Shown here piece by piece: positions 8,884 through 16,869 of a stretch of 64,000 bases of DNA; the stretch's first letter is position 1; the number at the start of each line of letters is the position of its first letter. This DNA is from an uncultured Candidatus Saccharibacteria bacterium. GTDB taxonomy: Bacteria > Patescibacteriota > Saccharimonadia > Saccharimonadales > UBA4665. The position numbers and the translations under genes were made by a program. The stretch is taken from NCBI GenBank assembly GCA_964387505.1, contig CAYLWF010000021.1, positions 12 to 64,011 on the forward strand, in the 5' to 3' direction. The notes beneath the pieces are model-generated. The model was not told where the DNA came from, did no database searches, and saw only the letters and a list, made by a program, of their open reading frames with translations.

Positions 8884-10188
8884 ATGCTGAGCATGAAAGA
8901 ACATGTAAAACGAAGGGTGCTTGCCTGGTTGATTGTCGTATCTCTGTCTCCTATACCCTTCATGGTCAAGTCGCCAGAGTGGAGTATCGCGCACTCACTC
9001 TGGTTGTATAGTTCGGCTGTGGCGGGCTATACGGGCATTGTCTTGTTGTTATGGATGTATATATTAGGCACAAAGTCGGTGATGGGGCTGTATTTTCGCG
9101 ACTTAGCGCCAGTGCTGAGCATACACAAGTGGCTGGGCAAATACGGCACGCTGCTCATTTTTGTGCATCCGCTGGCAGTGGCTATTTCTTATGGTGTTGA
9201 AATAATCAACTATGTTATCGAGCCAAATGTTGGACTCAGTTTTGAACGAAGTGTCACCTGGGGGCGGTTTGCGCTGTACGCACTGGGACTTGTGTGGCTG
9301 ACATCGGCGCTTGTACGGGGGCGCATTGCGTTTCGGCCATGGAAATATATCCACTACCTTTCATATATTGCCCTGCCCTTGGCGCTTGTGCACATACCAA
9401 GCATCGGTACCTCGTACCGTTCGCTTGACCTGCCACGTGTGTATTTTATGAGTGTGTTATTTTTGCTAGCGCTCTTTAGCGTGCTGCGTCTTAGACACCT
9501 GTTTTCACTTGGACGCGCTCGGTTTACCGTGGTGTGTCATACTGAAATTTCACCTGGGGTGTGGCTGATTGCGCTCAAACCTGGAGGTAGAACAGTACAT
9601 GTGCGCCACGGCCAATACGTCTACTTGCAATGGTCGCTGCTGGGTGAGGAGCATCCGTTTACCCTCTTGCGGCACGATGAACAGACTGGCGAGCTAACTA
9701 TTGCGTACAAAGTACTCGGGGCTTGGACAAAAAAACTCTCAGCGCTGGAGGATGGTTCGACGGTGTATGTCGATGGCCCGTATGGGTCGTTCATGGAAGA
9801 AGCTACTGAAGCCAGCGAGCCGACGGTGTTTATAGCCGCGGGCATAGGTATTACGCCCTTTGTTGAACCTATTTTGCGCAGTGCCGCAGGGCATAACTGG
9901 CTGTTTTATGCGAACCGTACGACCGACTCGGCCGTCTTATCTTGTCAGCTGAAAACCAAGCTCGGCAACCATTATGTTTCTATTCTGAGTCGTGTCGACA
10001 CTTCGTCCTCTCTGTGTGACGAGCGCGGCCACATATGCAGCGAGATGCTTGCGAAATACCTGCCTGAGCCAAGCCGCTACCGCTACTATATCTGCGGTTC
10101 AGAAGCCTTCATGCAAACCGCCACCGCTTCCCTTGCCGCGCTCAAGGTTCCCGCTGCCCACATCCACACCGAAGCCTTCAGTTGGTAG
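8884..10188 (+). CDS. Second ferric-reductase/MsrQ-like TM plus FNR-like oxidoreductase
   Basis: The track ORF starts at GTG 8848. ATG 8884 (MLSMKEHV) follows GGCGGAG and is the more likely start. The TM domain has HKWLGKYG. The C-terminal half has HPFTLL, AAGIGITPF and YICGS. Confidence 0.75.
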   Translation: MLSMKEHVKRRVLAWLIVVSLSPIPFMVKSPEWSIAHSLWLYSSAVAGYTGIVLLLWMYILGTKSVMGLYFRDLAPVLSIHKWLGKYGTLLIFVHPLAVAISYGVEIINYVIEPNVGLSFERSVTWGRFALYALGLVWLTSALVRGRIAFRPWKYIHYLSYIALPLALVHIPSIGTSYRSLDLPRVYFMSVLFLLALFSVLRLRHLFSLGRARFTVVCHTEISPGVWLIALKPGGRTVHVRHGQYVYLQWSLLGEEHPFTLLRHDEQTGELTIAYKVLGAWTKKLSALEDGSTVYVDGPYGSFMEEATEASEPTVFIAAGIGITPFVEPILRSAAGHNWLFYANRTTDSAVLSCQLKTKLGNHYVSILSRVDTSSSLCDERGHICSEMLAKYLPEPSRYRYYICGSEAFMQTATASLAALKVPAAHIHTEAFSW

Positions 10189-10377
10189 GCTTGTAGCAGC
10201 TTCTGTGCCTATCCGTTGTCTGGTAGGGCTTTTGTCGTGGATTTTCGTTCATCTTTACGTGTAACTTTTTCTGCGGCTGGAATGTCGGACAAATGTTTAT
10301 GGCTCCGTCGTAGCTTGTTTTGGTAAAAGCCAGCGTGGTCGCCGCACTATTTTCGAAGTGCCAGTGATAACGGTAGA

Positions 10378-10989
10378 TTATTCATGGCACTGCTTTGTTG
10401 TCAGATTTTCACAAATAGCTTTTACGTAGAGCCGGTCTGCTACGTCGTGTCCTACGCCTGGTATTACGATCAGTTTGTTTTGCGCTAGTGTTTCATGCGC
10501 TAACTCTGCCTGAACTCGCATGATTGGAAATTTCTGAAACTCCTTTTCACCATAAAAGAGCAAGGTGGGACAGTCTATGTCTGCTGCGAGACCGCGAAAT
10601 GAAAGCTTCCGAAATTCATTTGTCCGCCGCAACCCATGATAACGAATCCACGATTTCTTCATGTATGGTGACGAATAATTCTCTGCAAAATACGGTGACA
10701 ATGAGAAGAGCCAGAGCTGCGCCGGGCAATGTTTGGCCGCTGCCATACACGCCGTAATGGCGCCAAACGAAAATCCTGCCAAAATTGTCATGTTTGGGTC
10801 ATGTCTAGCGTATACTTGCATTAGTTGATTTTGCCATTTCTGTGGCGTGGTGCGACTCCATGTTATTGGTACGAATTCGACATTGTAGCTTTTCGATTCA
10901 ATTGTGTTTAGTACTGATCTATAGTCTCTTGAGTTGATGTCTTCACCGCTGCCAGGTACAAAAAGAACAGTGTATTTTATATTTTGCAT
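10378..10989 (-). CDS. Alpha/beta hydrolase family protein
   Basis: 203 aa. It has a GxSxG nucleophile elbow (AGFSFGA) and a C-terminal GVGHD His motif. Confidence 0.6.
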   Translation of the reverse strand: MQNIKYTVLFVPGSGEDINSRDYRSVLNTIESKSYNVEFVPITWSRTTPQKWQNQLMQVYARHDPNMTILAGFSFGAITACMAAAKHCPAQLWLFSLSPYFAENYSSPYMKKSWIRYHGLRRTNEFRKLSFRGLAADIDCPTLLFYGEKEFQKFPIMRVQAELAHETLAQNKLIVIPGVGHDVADRLYVKAICENLTTKQCHE

Positions 10990-11110
10990 ATATACTCCTG
11001 GTGAGGGCTTTCGGGGTAGTTTACGGTGTCGAAAAGCACGAAGCTCTCGACACGTATACGGTAAAAGCGGTGCGGACGGTCAAGGTGTGCCATAAACTCT
11101 TTGACTTGCT

Positions 11111-11458
11111 TCAGGCTAAACACGCGGCCGACATAGTGTTTTGTAGCTTTGGGGCAATATCAGCGGGTTTTGTGAGAAGCTCGGCGGTACCCTCTAGCTG
11201 TAAACCGCGGGGTTTGTCGGCCGGCGTTTGCGGCAGACAGATCGCAGCGGCTACGTGCGGATTTTTCATGACTTCCTCTGAATGTCGCCTCGTTACTGAC
11301 GAAAACCAGTAAATATTAAGGTCTTTGTCGGCTGCAAACCAGACATTGCACGTCCAGGGTCGTCCGTCCCCTCCTACGGTTGCTAAGTGCATCATTTTAG
11401 CTTTCTCCAGGTAGTCAGTAATGAGCTTTTCTAGCCGTTTTTCCTCTGTTACTTGCAC
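11111..11458 (-). CDS. Pyridoxamine 5'-phosphate oxidase-like FMN-binding split-barrel protein
   Basis: 115 aa. The motif MHLATVGGDGRPWTCNVWFAADKDLNIYWFSSVTRRHSEEV is typical of the PNPOx-like family. Confidence 0.6.
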   Translation of the reverse strand: MQVTEEKRLEKLITDYLEKAKMMHLATVGGDGRPWTCNVWFAADKDLNIYWFSSVTRRHSEEVMKNPHVAAAICLPQTPADKPRGLQLEGTAELLTKPADIAPKLQNTMSAACLA

Positions 11459-11495
11459 TGCTTATAGCCCTTCTGTACTTGTTGTACAATCAAAA

Positions 11496-11840
11496 TCATA
11501 GTTTCACTCTTACGAATATAAACTCATTTTCTTGAGTGGTGGGGTTCGAGATTTTGTGGCGCACATTCGCCGGAAAGACGAAGATGTCGCCTGGCTCGTA
11601 TGGGTATTCGCCCTCTTCGTCGTGAACGAACCCTGTGCCTTTGATGCAGACCATTATTTCCTCTACGCCTGGGTGGTCGTGCCAATCATACATGCCACCA
11701 GCCGGCATAAAACCATGCGTCATCATCTCGAACGAGCTACTTTTTAGGTGGTCAGGAGAAGCATAGACTTTTCGTTTACCGCTCCCGCCATGCGCGTCTT
11801 CGAGCTGGATAGTATGTTTACTTCTCTTTATCACTTTCAT
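11496..11840 (-). CDS. Cupin domain protein
   Basis: 114 aa. Cupin motifs are WHDHPGVEEIMVCIKGTG ... GDIFVFPANVRHKISN. Confidence 0.65.
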   Translation of the reverse strand: MKVIKRSKHTIQLEDAHGGSGKRKVYASPDHLKSSSFEMMTHGFMPAGGMYDWHDHPGVEEIMVCIKGTGFVHDEEGEYPYEPGDIFVFPANVRHKISNPTTQENEFIFVRVKL

Positions 11841-11883
11841 ACGCCCATCCTATACCTATAACCGCAGGCACGCAATGTCAAAA

Positions 11884-11907
11884 TAGATTGTCCGGCCGGA
11901 CAATCTA
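11884..11907. promoter_or_regulatory. Second copy of the TAGATTGTCCGGCCGGACAATCTA palindrome
   Basis: This 24-bp perfect palindrome lies between the apbE stop (11921) and the cupin start (11840). It shares a 27-nt identical core with 8795..8826. Confidence 0.5.
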
Positions 11908-11920
11908 AAATAGACGTTTG

Positions 11921-12757
11921 CTAGGGTGAGAGTTGGTCGTGGCGGAGGAGGATAGTTTTGAGGCTGTACGCGTCGGTTAGTTTTGGTTCGAGATCGGGTG
12001 CTATGAGGAGGATGGTGGCGCAGGTGTCGGCGAGGAGTGCGGTTTCGGCTCGCACGTAGGTGCTGACGATGTCTGACTGGCTAGGTTTGCCAGTGCGCGG
12101 GTCAATGATGTGGTGGTGCGTTTTGCTTCCCTGTTTCCAACTTCGTTTCACGGTTGAGCTGACTGCAAGCGCGCCGCGCTGAATTTTTGTGCTGCCAATG
12201 CTTTTTGTCTGGTCGTACGGGTGTTCGAGTGCGAACTCTAGCGGTTCTGGCGCGTTCACGAATATATCGCCGCCGCCGTTTATGACATAGTAACTCACCC
12301 CTTTGCCTTCCAGCAGTTTGCCAAGTATGTCTATGAGCCAGCCTTTGCCGAACCCGCCAAAGTCGAGGCTTATTTCACTGGGGATGCATATTTCTTCAGG
12401 GGTGAGTTTTACGTCATTCCAAAAATCATGCGAGATTTTTCCCTGCGAGCTTGCCCTGCCATAGCCGAGCTCTTGTAGTTTTCCGCCAACCGAAATATTG
12501 AAGACTCCGTCACTGGCGCGGCACATATCCCTGGCATACTCAAGCATGGTGAGCATGTCAGTTGGCGGGTTTGAGAGGCGCTTGTGTTGGTTGAGCTGAC
12601 CCAGGAGTGAGCTGTCCGAAAAGCGAGTGTATGTTTGCTCAAAATCTTGGACGTAGTTTCGGATTCTTTCTTGCAGTTCGGTACTGAGCGCCTCTTCAAG
12701 TGACTCAATCCACCAGTGTGTTCCGAGGGCGTCAAATTCGAAGATTTGTTTTTTCAT
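11921..12757 (-). CDS. apbE: FAD:protein FMN transferase (ApbE family)
   Basis: 278 aa. It has the ApbE signature SLDFGGFGKGWLID and the overall ApbE length and pattern. Confidence 0.8.
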   Translation of the reverse strand: MKKQIFEFDALGTHWWIESLEEALSTELQERIRNYVQDFEQTYTRFSDSSLLGQLNQHKRLSNPPTDMLTMLEYARDMCRASDGVFNISVGGKLQELGYGRASSQGKISHDFWNDVKLTPEEICIPSEISLDFGGFGKGWLIDILGKLLEGKGVSYYVINGGGDIFVNAPEPLEFALEHPYDQTKSIGSTKIQRGALAVSSTVKRSWKQGSKTHHHIIDPRTGKPSQSDIVSTYVRAETALLADTCATILLIAPDLEPKLTDAYSLKTILLRHDQLSP

Positions 12758-12775
12758 ACTGCAAGATGTATGTTT

Positions 12776-13315
12776 TTACGCCTTTGCCTGGTTTGCAATG
12801 GTCGAGAGAGCGTCCTCAAAACCGTAGGTTGTCAGTGAGGCTCCGCCGACACGGCTGAGCGAAATATCGCCAAGCGATTTTCCTACGACCGCCGACTCAA
12901 TACGTGAATCAAATGAGTCTATGTACATACCAGACTCACGGTCGTTGTAGTTGTGAGAGGTTTTTACTGAGCTGACAACACCGTTCTTTACAGTGAGAGA
13001 TACCTGTATGCTGTTATTGCCTCGTGGTACCGAGTAGTTGCCGCTGGCCGAGTAGGTACCGTCTTTATAGCCGCTGGTGTTTGCAGCGGTTGCAGATGCA
13101 TTTGCGTTTGAACTTGTTGTAGCGGGCGTTGTGTTTACTGCGGTTTCTGTGGTTTGGCTGGTCGTTTCTTTGGTAGCTGTTTGACTTGATGCAGTTAATG
13201 CAAGCGACGTGCTAGTCGGGTTGCTTTGGGTGGCGACAAAGAGCGCTGCGCCAACGATGCTGGCGATTGCCAGTGCACCAACGATGACGGGAGTAGAGCT
13301 ATTGGTTGTTTTCAT
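12776..13315 (-). CDS. Membrane-anchored FMN-binding domain protein (likely ApbE substrate)
   Basis: 179 aa. It has an N-terminal TM/signal, an S/T-rich linker and an FMN_bind-like domain. A flavinylation-type motif (LSRVGGASLTT) lies near the C-terminus. Confidence 0.7.
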   Translation of the reverse strand: MKTTNSSTPVIVGALAIASIVGAALFVATQSNPTSTSLALTASSQTATKETTSQTTETAVNTTPATTSSNANASATAANTSGYKDGTYSASGNYSVPRGNNSIQVSLTVKNGVVSSVKTSHNYNDRESGMYIDSFDSRIESAVVGKSLGDISLSRVGGASLTTYGFEDALSTIANQAKA

Positions 13316-13400
13316 GGTATTTATTGTGCTTGCAGAATCTGAACTCTACCTGAGAGTCGGATATGTTTGTTTTATATCTGACCTGGCGTAGTATAGGTAC

Positions 13401-14690
13401 ATGAAGTTTGTGAGTTTGGGAAACCCGGAAGATGTTGTTTCCTTCGAAGAAGCGCTGCGACGCGGTATTCCGGCCGACGGTAGTTTGTACTTTCCGGTTG
13501 CAATTCCACGGTTGACCGATGAACAAATCGCTTCCTTACCTACGCTGGACACAAAAGCGATTGACCGGTTGATTTTATCTGCTTGGCTGGGGGATGAAAT
13601 CCCTGCCGAAGACCTAGCGCACATTGTCGATACGGCGGCATCATTTGAGACGCCCTGTGTGCCGGTTGCAGATAAGCATGTGCTTGAGATTTTTCATGGA
13701 CCAACCATGGCGTTTAAGGATGTAGCAGCGCGCTACCTTGCCGCGCTTATGGGGTATTTCAACGCCAAAACTGGCCGTACTTCTACCGTACTGGTTGCGA
13801 CCAGCGGTGATACGGGCGGGGCGATCGCGCATGGCTTTGGCGGCGTGGCTGGCACTCGCGTGGTGGTGCTCTATCCCAAAGGCCGAGTCAGCCAGCTCCA
13901 GCAGGAGCAGCTGCGCCGGGTGGCGGACAATGTGCACACGCTGGAAGTTGACGGTGATTTCGATGCCTGCCAGGCGCTGGTGAAGCAGGCTCTGGGCGAC
14001 AAAGAGCTTGTCGACGCTGTTGGTCTCACCTCGGCAAATTCTATTACGGTCGGGCGGCTTTTGCCGCAGACACTGTACTACGCAAGAGCGTTTGCCCAGC
14101 TGGGTGGTCGGAAAGATTTGCGCTTTGTGGTGCCTAGCGGCAACCTCGGTAACATTACGGGCGGTGTGCTTGCACAGCAGATGGGTATACCAATTGCATC
14201 GTTCTTTGCGGCAAACAACGCCAATAACGCCATAGACCGCTACGCCCGCGAAGGCAGCTTCACACCGTTTGAGGCCGTGCCAACCATGTCAAATGCCATG
14301 GACATTGGTGCGCCGAACAACCTACCCCGCCTCCAGCGAATTTTCGGCCAGGATATTTCAGCTTTTCGGGCAGACATTCAGACGGCCCAGGTCAGTGATG
14401 AAGACACGGTGGCAACTATCAAAAAAGTGTACGAAGCAACTGGCTACTTGCTCGACCCGCACACGGCCGTGGCGTGGTACGCGAGCGAAAATAACCCTGG
14501 TGAAGGTGTGCATGACGTCATTGTTTCCACGGCCGCACCGGAGAAATTTGCCGAGGAAATTACAGCCGCAACAGGCATAGCCGTCGATAACACCGCCGAG
14601 CTCTCTAAACTGCGTTCAATCACTGAACGCTACACCGAGATTTCAAATTCACTGGACGAACTGCGCTCATTCATAATTCATAATTCATAA
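13401..14690 (+). CDS. thrC: Threonine synthase
   Basis: 429 aa. It has the PLP-lysine motif FHGPTMAFKD and SGDTGGA, with an overall ThrC pattern. Confidence 0.9.
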   Translation: MKFVSLGNPEDVVSFEEALRRGIPADGSLYFPVAIPRLTDEQIASLPTLDTKAIDRLILSAWLGDEIPAEDLAHIVDTAASFETPCVPVADKHVLEIFHGPTMAFKDVAARYLAALMGYFNAKTGRTSTVLVATSGDTGGAIAHGFGGVAGTRVVVLYPKGRVSQLQQEQLRRVADNVHTLEVDGDFDACQALVKQALGDKELVDAVGLTSANSITVGRLLPQTLYYARAFAQLGGRKDLRFVVPSGNLGNITGGVLAQQMGIPIASFFAANNANNAIDRYAREGSFTPFEAVPTMSNAMDIGAPNNLPRLQRIFGQDISAFRADIQTAQVSDEDTVATIKKVYEATGYLLDPHTAVAWYASENNPGEGVHDVIVSTAAPEKFAEEITAATGIAVDNTAELSKLRSITERYTEISNSLDELRSFIIHNS

Positions 14691-14701
14691 TTCACTCCAT
14701 C

Positions 14702-15538
14702 ATGGACCACCCAATAAACCCTCGCCAACCCATTCGTATCGCCGTTATGGGCCTCAGTGGTGTAGGCAAGACAACCTTAGCGCGATGCTTGCCCGACAGT
14801 CGCTGGTTTCACTACAGTGTCGACTATCGTATATGGACACATTACCTTGGTGACGAGCTGAACGACTACCTGAAACAGCTCGCCATGTCCCATCCGCTCC
14901 TGCGCGACATGCTGAAACGCGATGCCATAACGATCGAACACCGTGTGCATTTTGATAACTTGCTCGCAACGTCACTCTATATGGGCATGCTCGGCAACCC
15001 GAAAAAGCACGGCTCTACCCTGCCCGATTTCACGGCTCGCATGGCGCGGCACGCTGAAAGCGAAATTGCGGCTATGCTCGACTTGCCAAAGTTTATTCAG
15101 CGTGCAGAAGATTTGTACGGCTACCCGAACTTTCTGGCCGATCTTTCCGGTAGCTTGTGTGAAGTCGTGGAGCCAAGTTCAGACAGAGACCCGGTGCTAC
15201 GCATGATGGACGAAACCGTGACGCTTATATACATTCGTGCTACTAAGGCACACGAGAAAGTGCTCATAGAACGCAACATTGCCGACCCGAAACCAATCTA
15301 CTACCGGCCGGATTTTGTTGCCGCGGAGCTGCCTGGGCTGCTCGAAAAATTTCACGCGGCTGATGTGACTGAAATAGACCCGCACAAAGTCGGTGCGTAC
15401 CTATATCCTCGCCTACTTGCGCACCGTGTCGAGCGCTATGAGGCCATTGCCGCCAAACACGCACTGACGCTCACCATGGAAGAGGCGGCTGCTATTCGCA
15501 GTGAAGCAGATTTGCTTGCGCGCTTGGCGCAGAGCTAG
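14702..15538 (+). CDS. P-loop NTPase/kinase-like protein of unknown function
   Basis: 278 aa. Walker A is MGLSGVGKTTLARCL. It starts 12 nt after the thrC stop. Confidence 0.5.
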   Translation: MDHPINPRQPIRIAVMGLSGVGKTTLARCLPDSRWFHYSVDYRIWTHYLGDELNDYLKQLAMSHPLLRDMLKRDAITIEHRVHFDNLLATSLYMGMLGNPKKHGSTLPDFTARMARHAESEIAAMLDLPKFIQRAEDLYGYPNFLADLSGSLCEVVEPSSDRDPVLRMMDETVTLIYIRATKAHEKVLIERNIADPKPIYYRPDFVAAELPGLLEKFHAADVTEIDPHKVGAYLYPRLLAHRVERYEAIAAKHALTLTMEEAAAIRSEADLLARLAQS

Positions 15539-16098
15539 TCTTTTGTTTGGGTTTGCAGGGTGATTTTGTAGATTGAGTAGAGCAAGAGCAGACTGCCAAT
15601 GACGCTAAACGTGGCGCCTATGTTGTGGACTGCAGTGAGCGATGTTGCGCCAAAGGTTGCGAGGAGCGGGCCGAGCAGCGATGTCCCGCAGGCCGCGCAG
15701 CCGCTACTCAGTATGCCAAGCGTGGCAGCAAGTCCGCTGGTACCGGTTGCTCGGGCAGACGCAGTTTTGCGCCGCAGTGAGTACACCAAAACGGCTAGGT
15801 TTATTCCGAACAAAAACGACAATGAGATGACGCTGACAGAGAGAAAACTGTCAAATGAGGTGAAAAGTGCTTCGTAGCCATAGCTAAAAAACCGTAGTTT
15901 TTGTGCCACTGACATGTCGGGATTCGTGATGATATAGCCTACTAGTTCATAGTTGAGTGACCAAATGATGATGGTCAGCATGAGGAACGCGCAGACAAGC
16001 GCAAAAAGCGCATAGAGCGGTTTTTTGAGCACAATTCTGGCAGTGTTTGTCGTAGCGAGCCTCAGCTTTGTTTTGAGCGGTAGCTTGAGGGAACTCAT
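15535..16098 (-). CDS. Polytopic membrane protein with an intramembrane CxxC (GCAACGTSLL). The family is not recognised.
   Basis: 187 aa with ~4-5 predicted TM helices. An ATGA overlap links it to the upstream DsbA-like gene. It is a clear paralogue of 57473..58153. Confidence 0.6.
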   Translation of the reverse strand: MSSLKLPLKTKLRLATTNTARIVLKKPLYALFALVCAFLMLTIIIWSLNYELVGYIITNPDMSVAQKLRFFSYGYEALFTSFDSFLSVSVISLSFLFGINLAVLVYSLRRKTASARATGTSGLAATLGILSSGCAACGTSLLGPLLATFGATSLTAVHNIGATFSVIGSLLLLYSIYKITLQTQTKD

Positions 16099-16793
16099 TG
16101 TACTTGCAGGAGTGCCTTATAGACATTGTATGGCTGCGGGCCGACAATCTTTTGGCCGCCGATGAGGAGTGTGGGTGTGCCCTGCACCGAATCTCCCGCA
16201 GCCTTGTCGACGGCTGCGTTGTACGCGTCTGCGTGCGTGCGGCCGGCTGCGCAGGTTGTGAAAGTCGTCCTATCAAGACCAGCCTCGCCCGCGAGTTCAC
16301 CGAGTTTTTCTGGGCTAAAGAGCTTCTGAGTTGTGGCGTCGAAATTACCCTTGCTGAAGTAGTTGCTCCACATAAAGCTGAACATTTTGTCGTGATAGGC
16401 AGTGAATTTGCTCTGTTCTGCAGCGCAAAACGATGCGTAGAGCGCGAGTCCGGAGTCTTCGCCAAACAGTGGGTATGGGCGGTAAACAATCTTTGCCTTG
16501 CCGGTGTCTACCCATTCGCGCCGAATGTCTTTGCCTGCTTTTTCATGAAACTCGTTACATTTTGGACATTTGTAGTCACCGTATTCGACAATGGTGATTG
16601 GCGCGCTTTCCTTGCCAATAACTAGTTCGGTCGGCATGCTGCTCTGGCTTGTGTCTTTTGCATGCGTCTCATTATCTTTGGCTTGTGTTTGGGCATTTTG
16701 TTTGGGTTTTTCGGTGTCATTTTTGCCAAATACAACAAACAGTCCGCCGCCTATAACGGTAAGTGCGAGAAAGAATATGGCAAATCGTTTCAT
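16095..16793 (-). CDS. DsbA-family thioredoxin-fold thiol:disulfide oxidoreductase (secreted/anchored)
   Basis: 232 aa. It has an N-terminal signal/TM, an active-site motif GDYKCPKCNEFH and a DsbA-like C-terminus (GTPTLLIGG). Confidence 0.8.
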   Translation of the reverse strand: MKRFAIFFLALTVIGGGLFVVFGKNDTEKPKQNAQTQAKDNETHAKDTSQSSMPTELVIGKESAPITIVEYGDYKCPKCNEFHEKAGKDIRREWVDTGKAKIVYRPYPLFGEDSGLALYASFCAAEQSKFTAYHDKMFSFMWSNYFSKGNFDATTQKLFSPEKLGELAGEAGLDRTTFTTCAAGRTHADAYNAAVDKAAGDSVQGTPTLLIGGQKIVGPQPYNVYKALLQVQ

Positions 16794-16869
16794 GTGTACA
16801 GTATAGCACTTACCCTAAAACACCTCAGTTGCCTGAGATGTTTTAGGATGCCTAGAGAGAGGAGAACGG

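Noticed and set aside
15947-16625. ORFs 15947..16489 (-), 16098..16625 (+) and 16126..16329 (+)
   Set aside because: They overlap the DsbA-like gene in other frames or on the other strand. The DsbA frame has the CPKC active site and a signal peptide, whereas these ORFs have no motifs.
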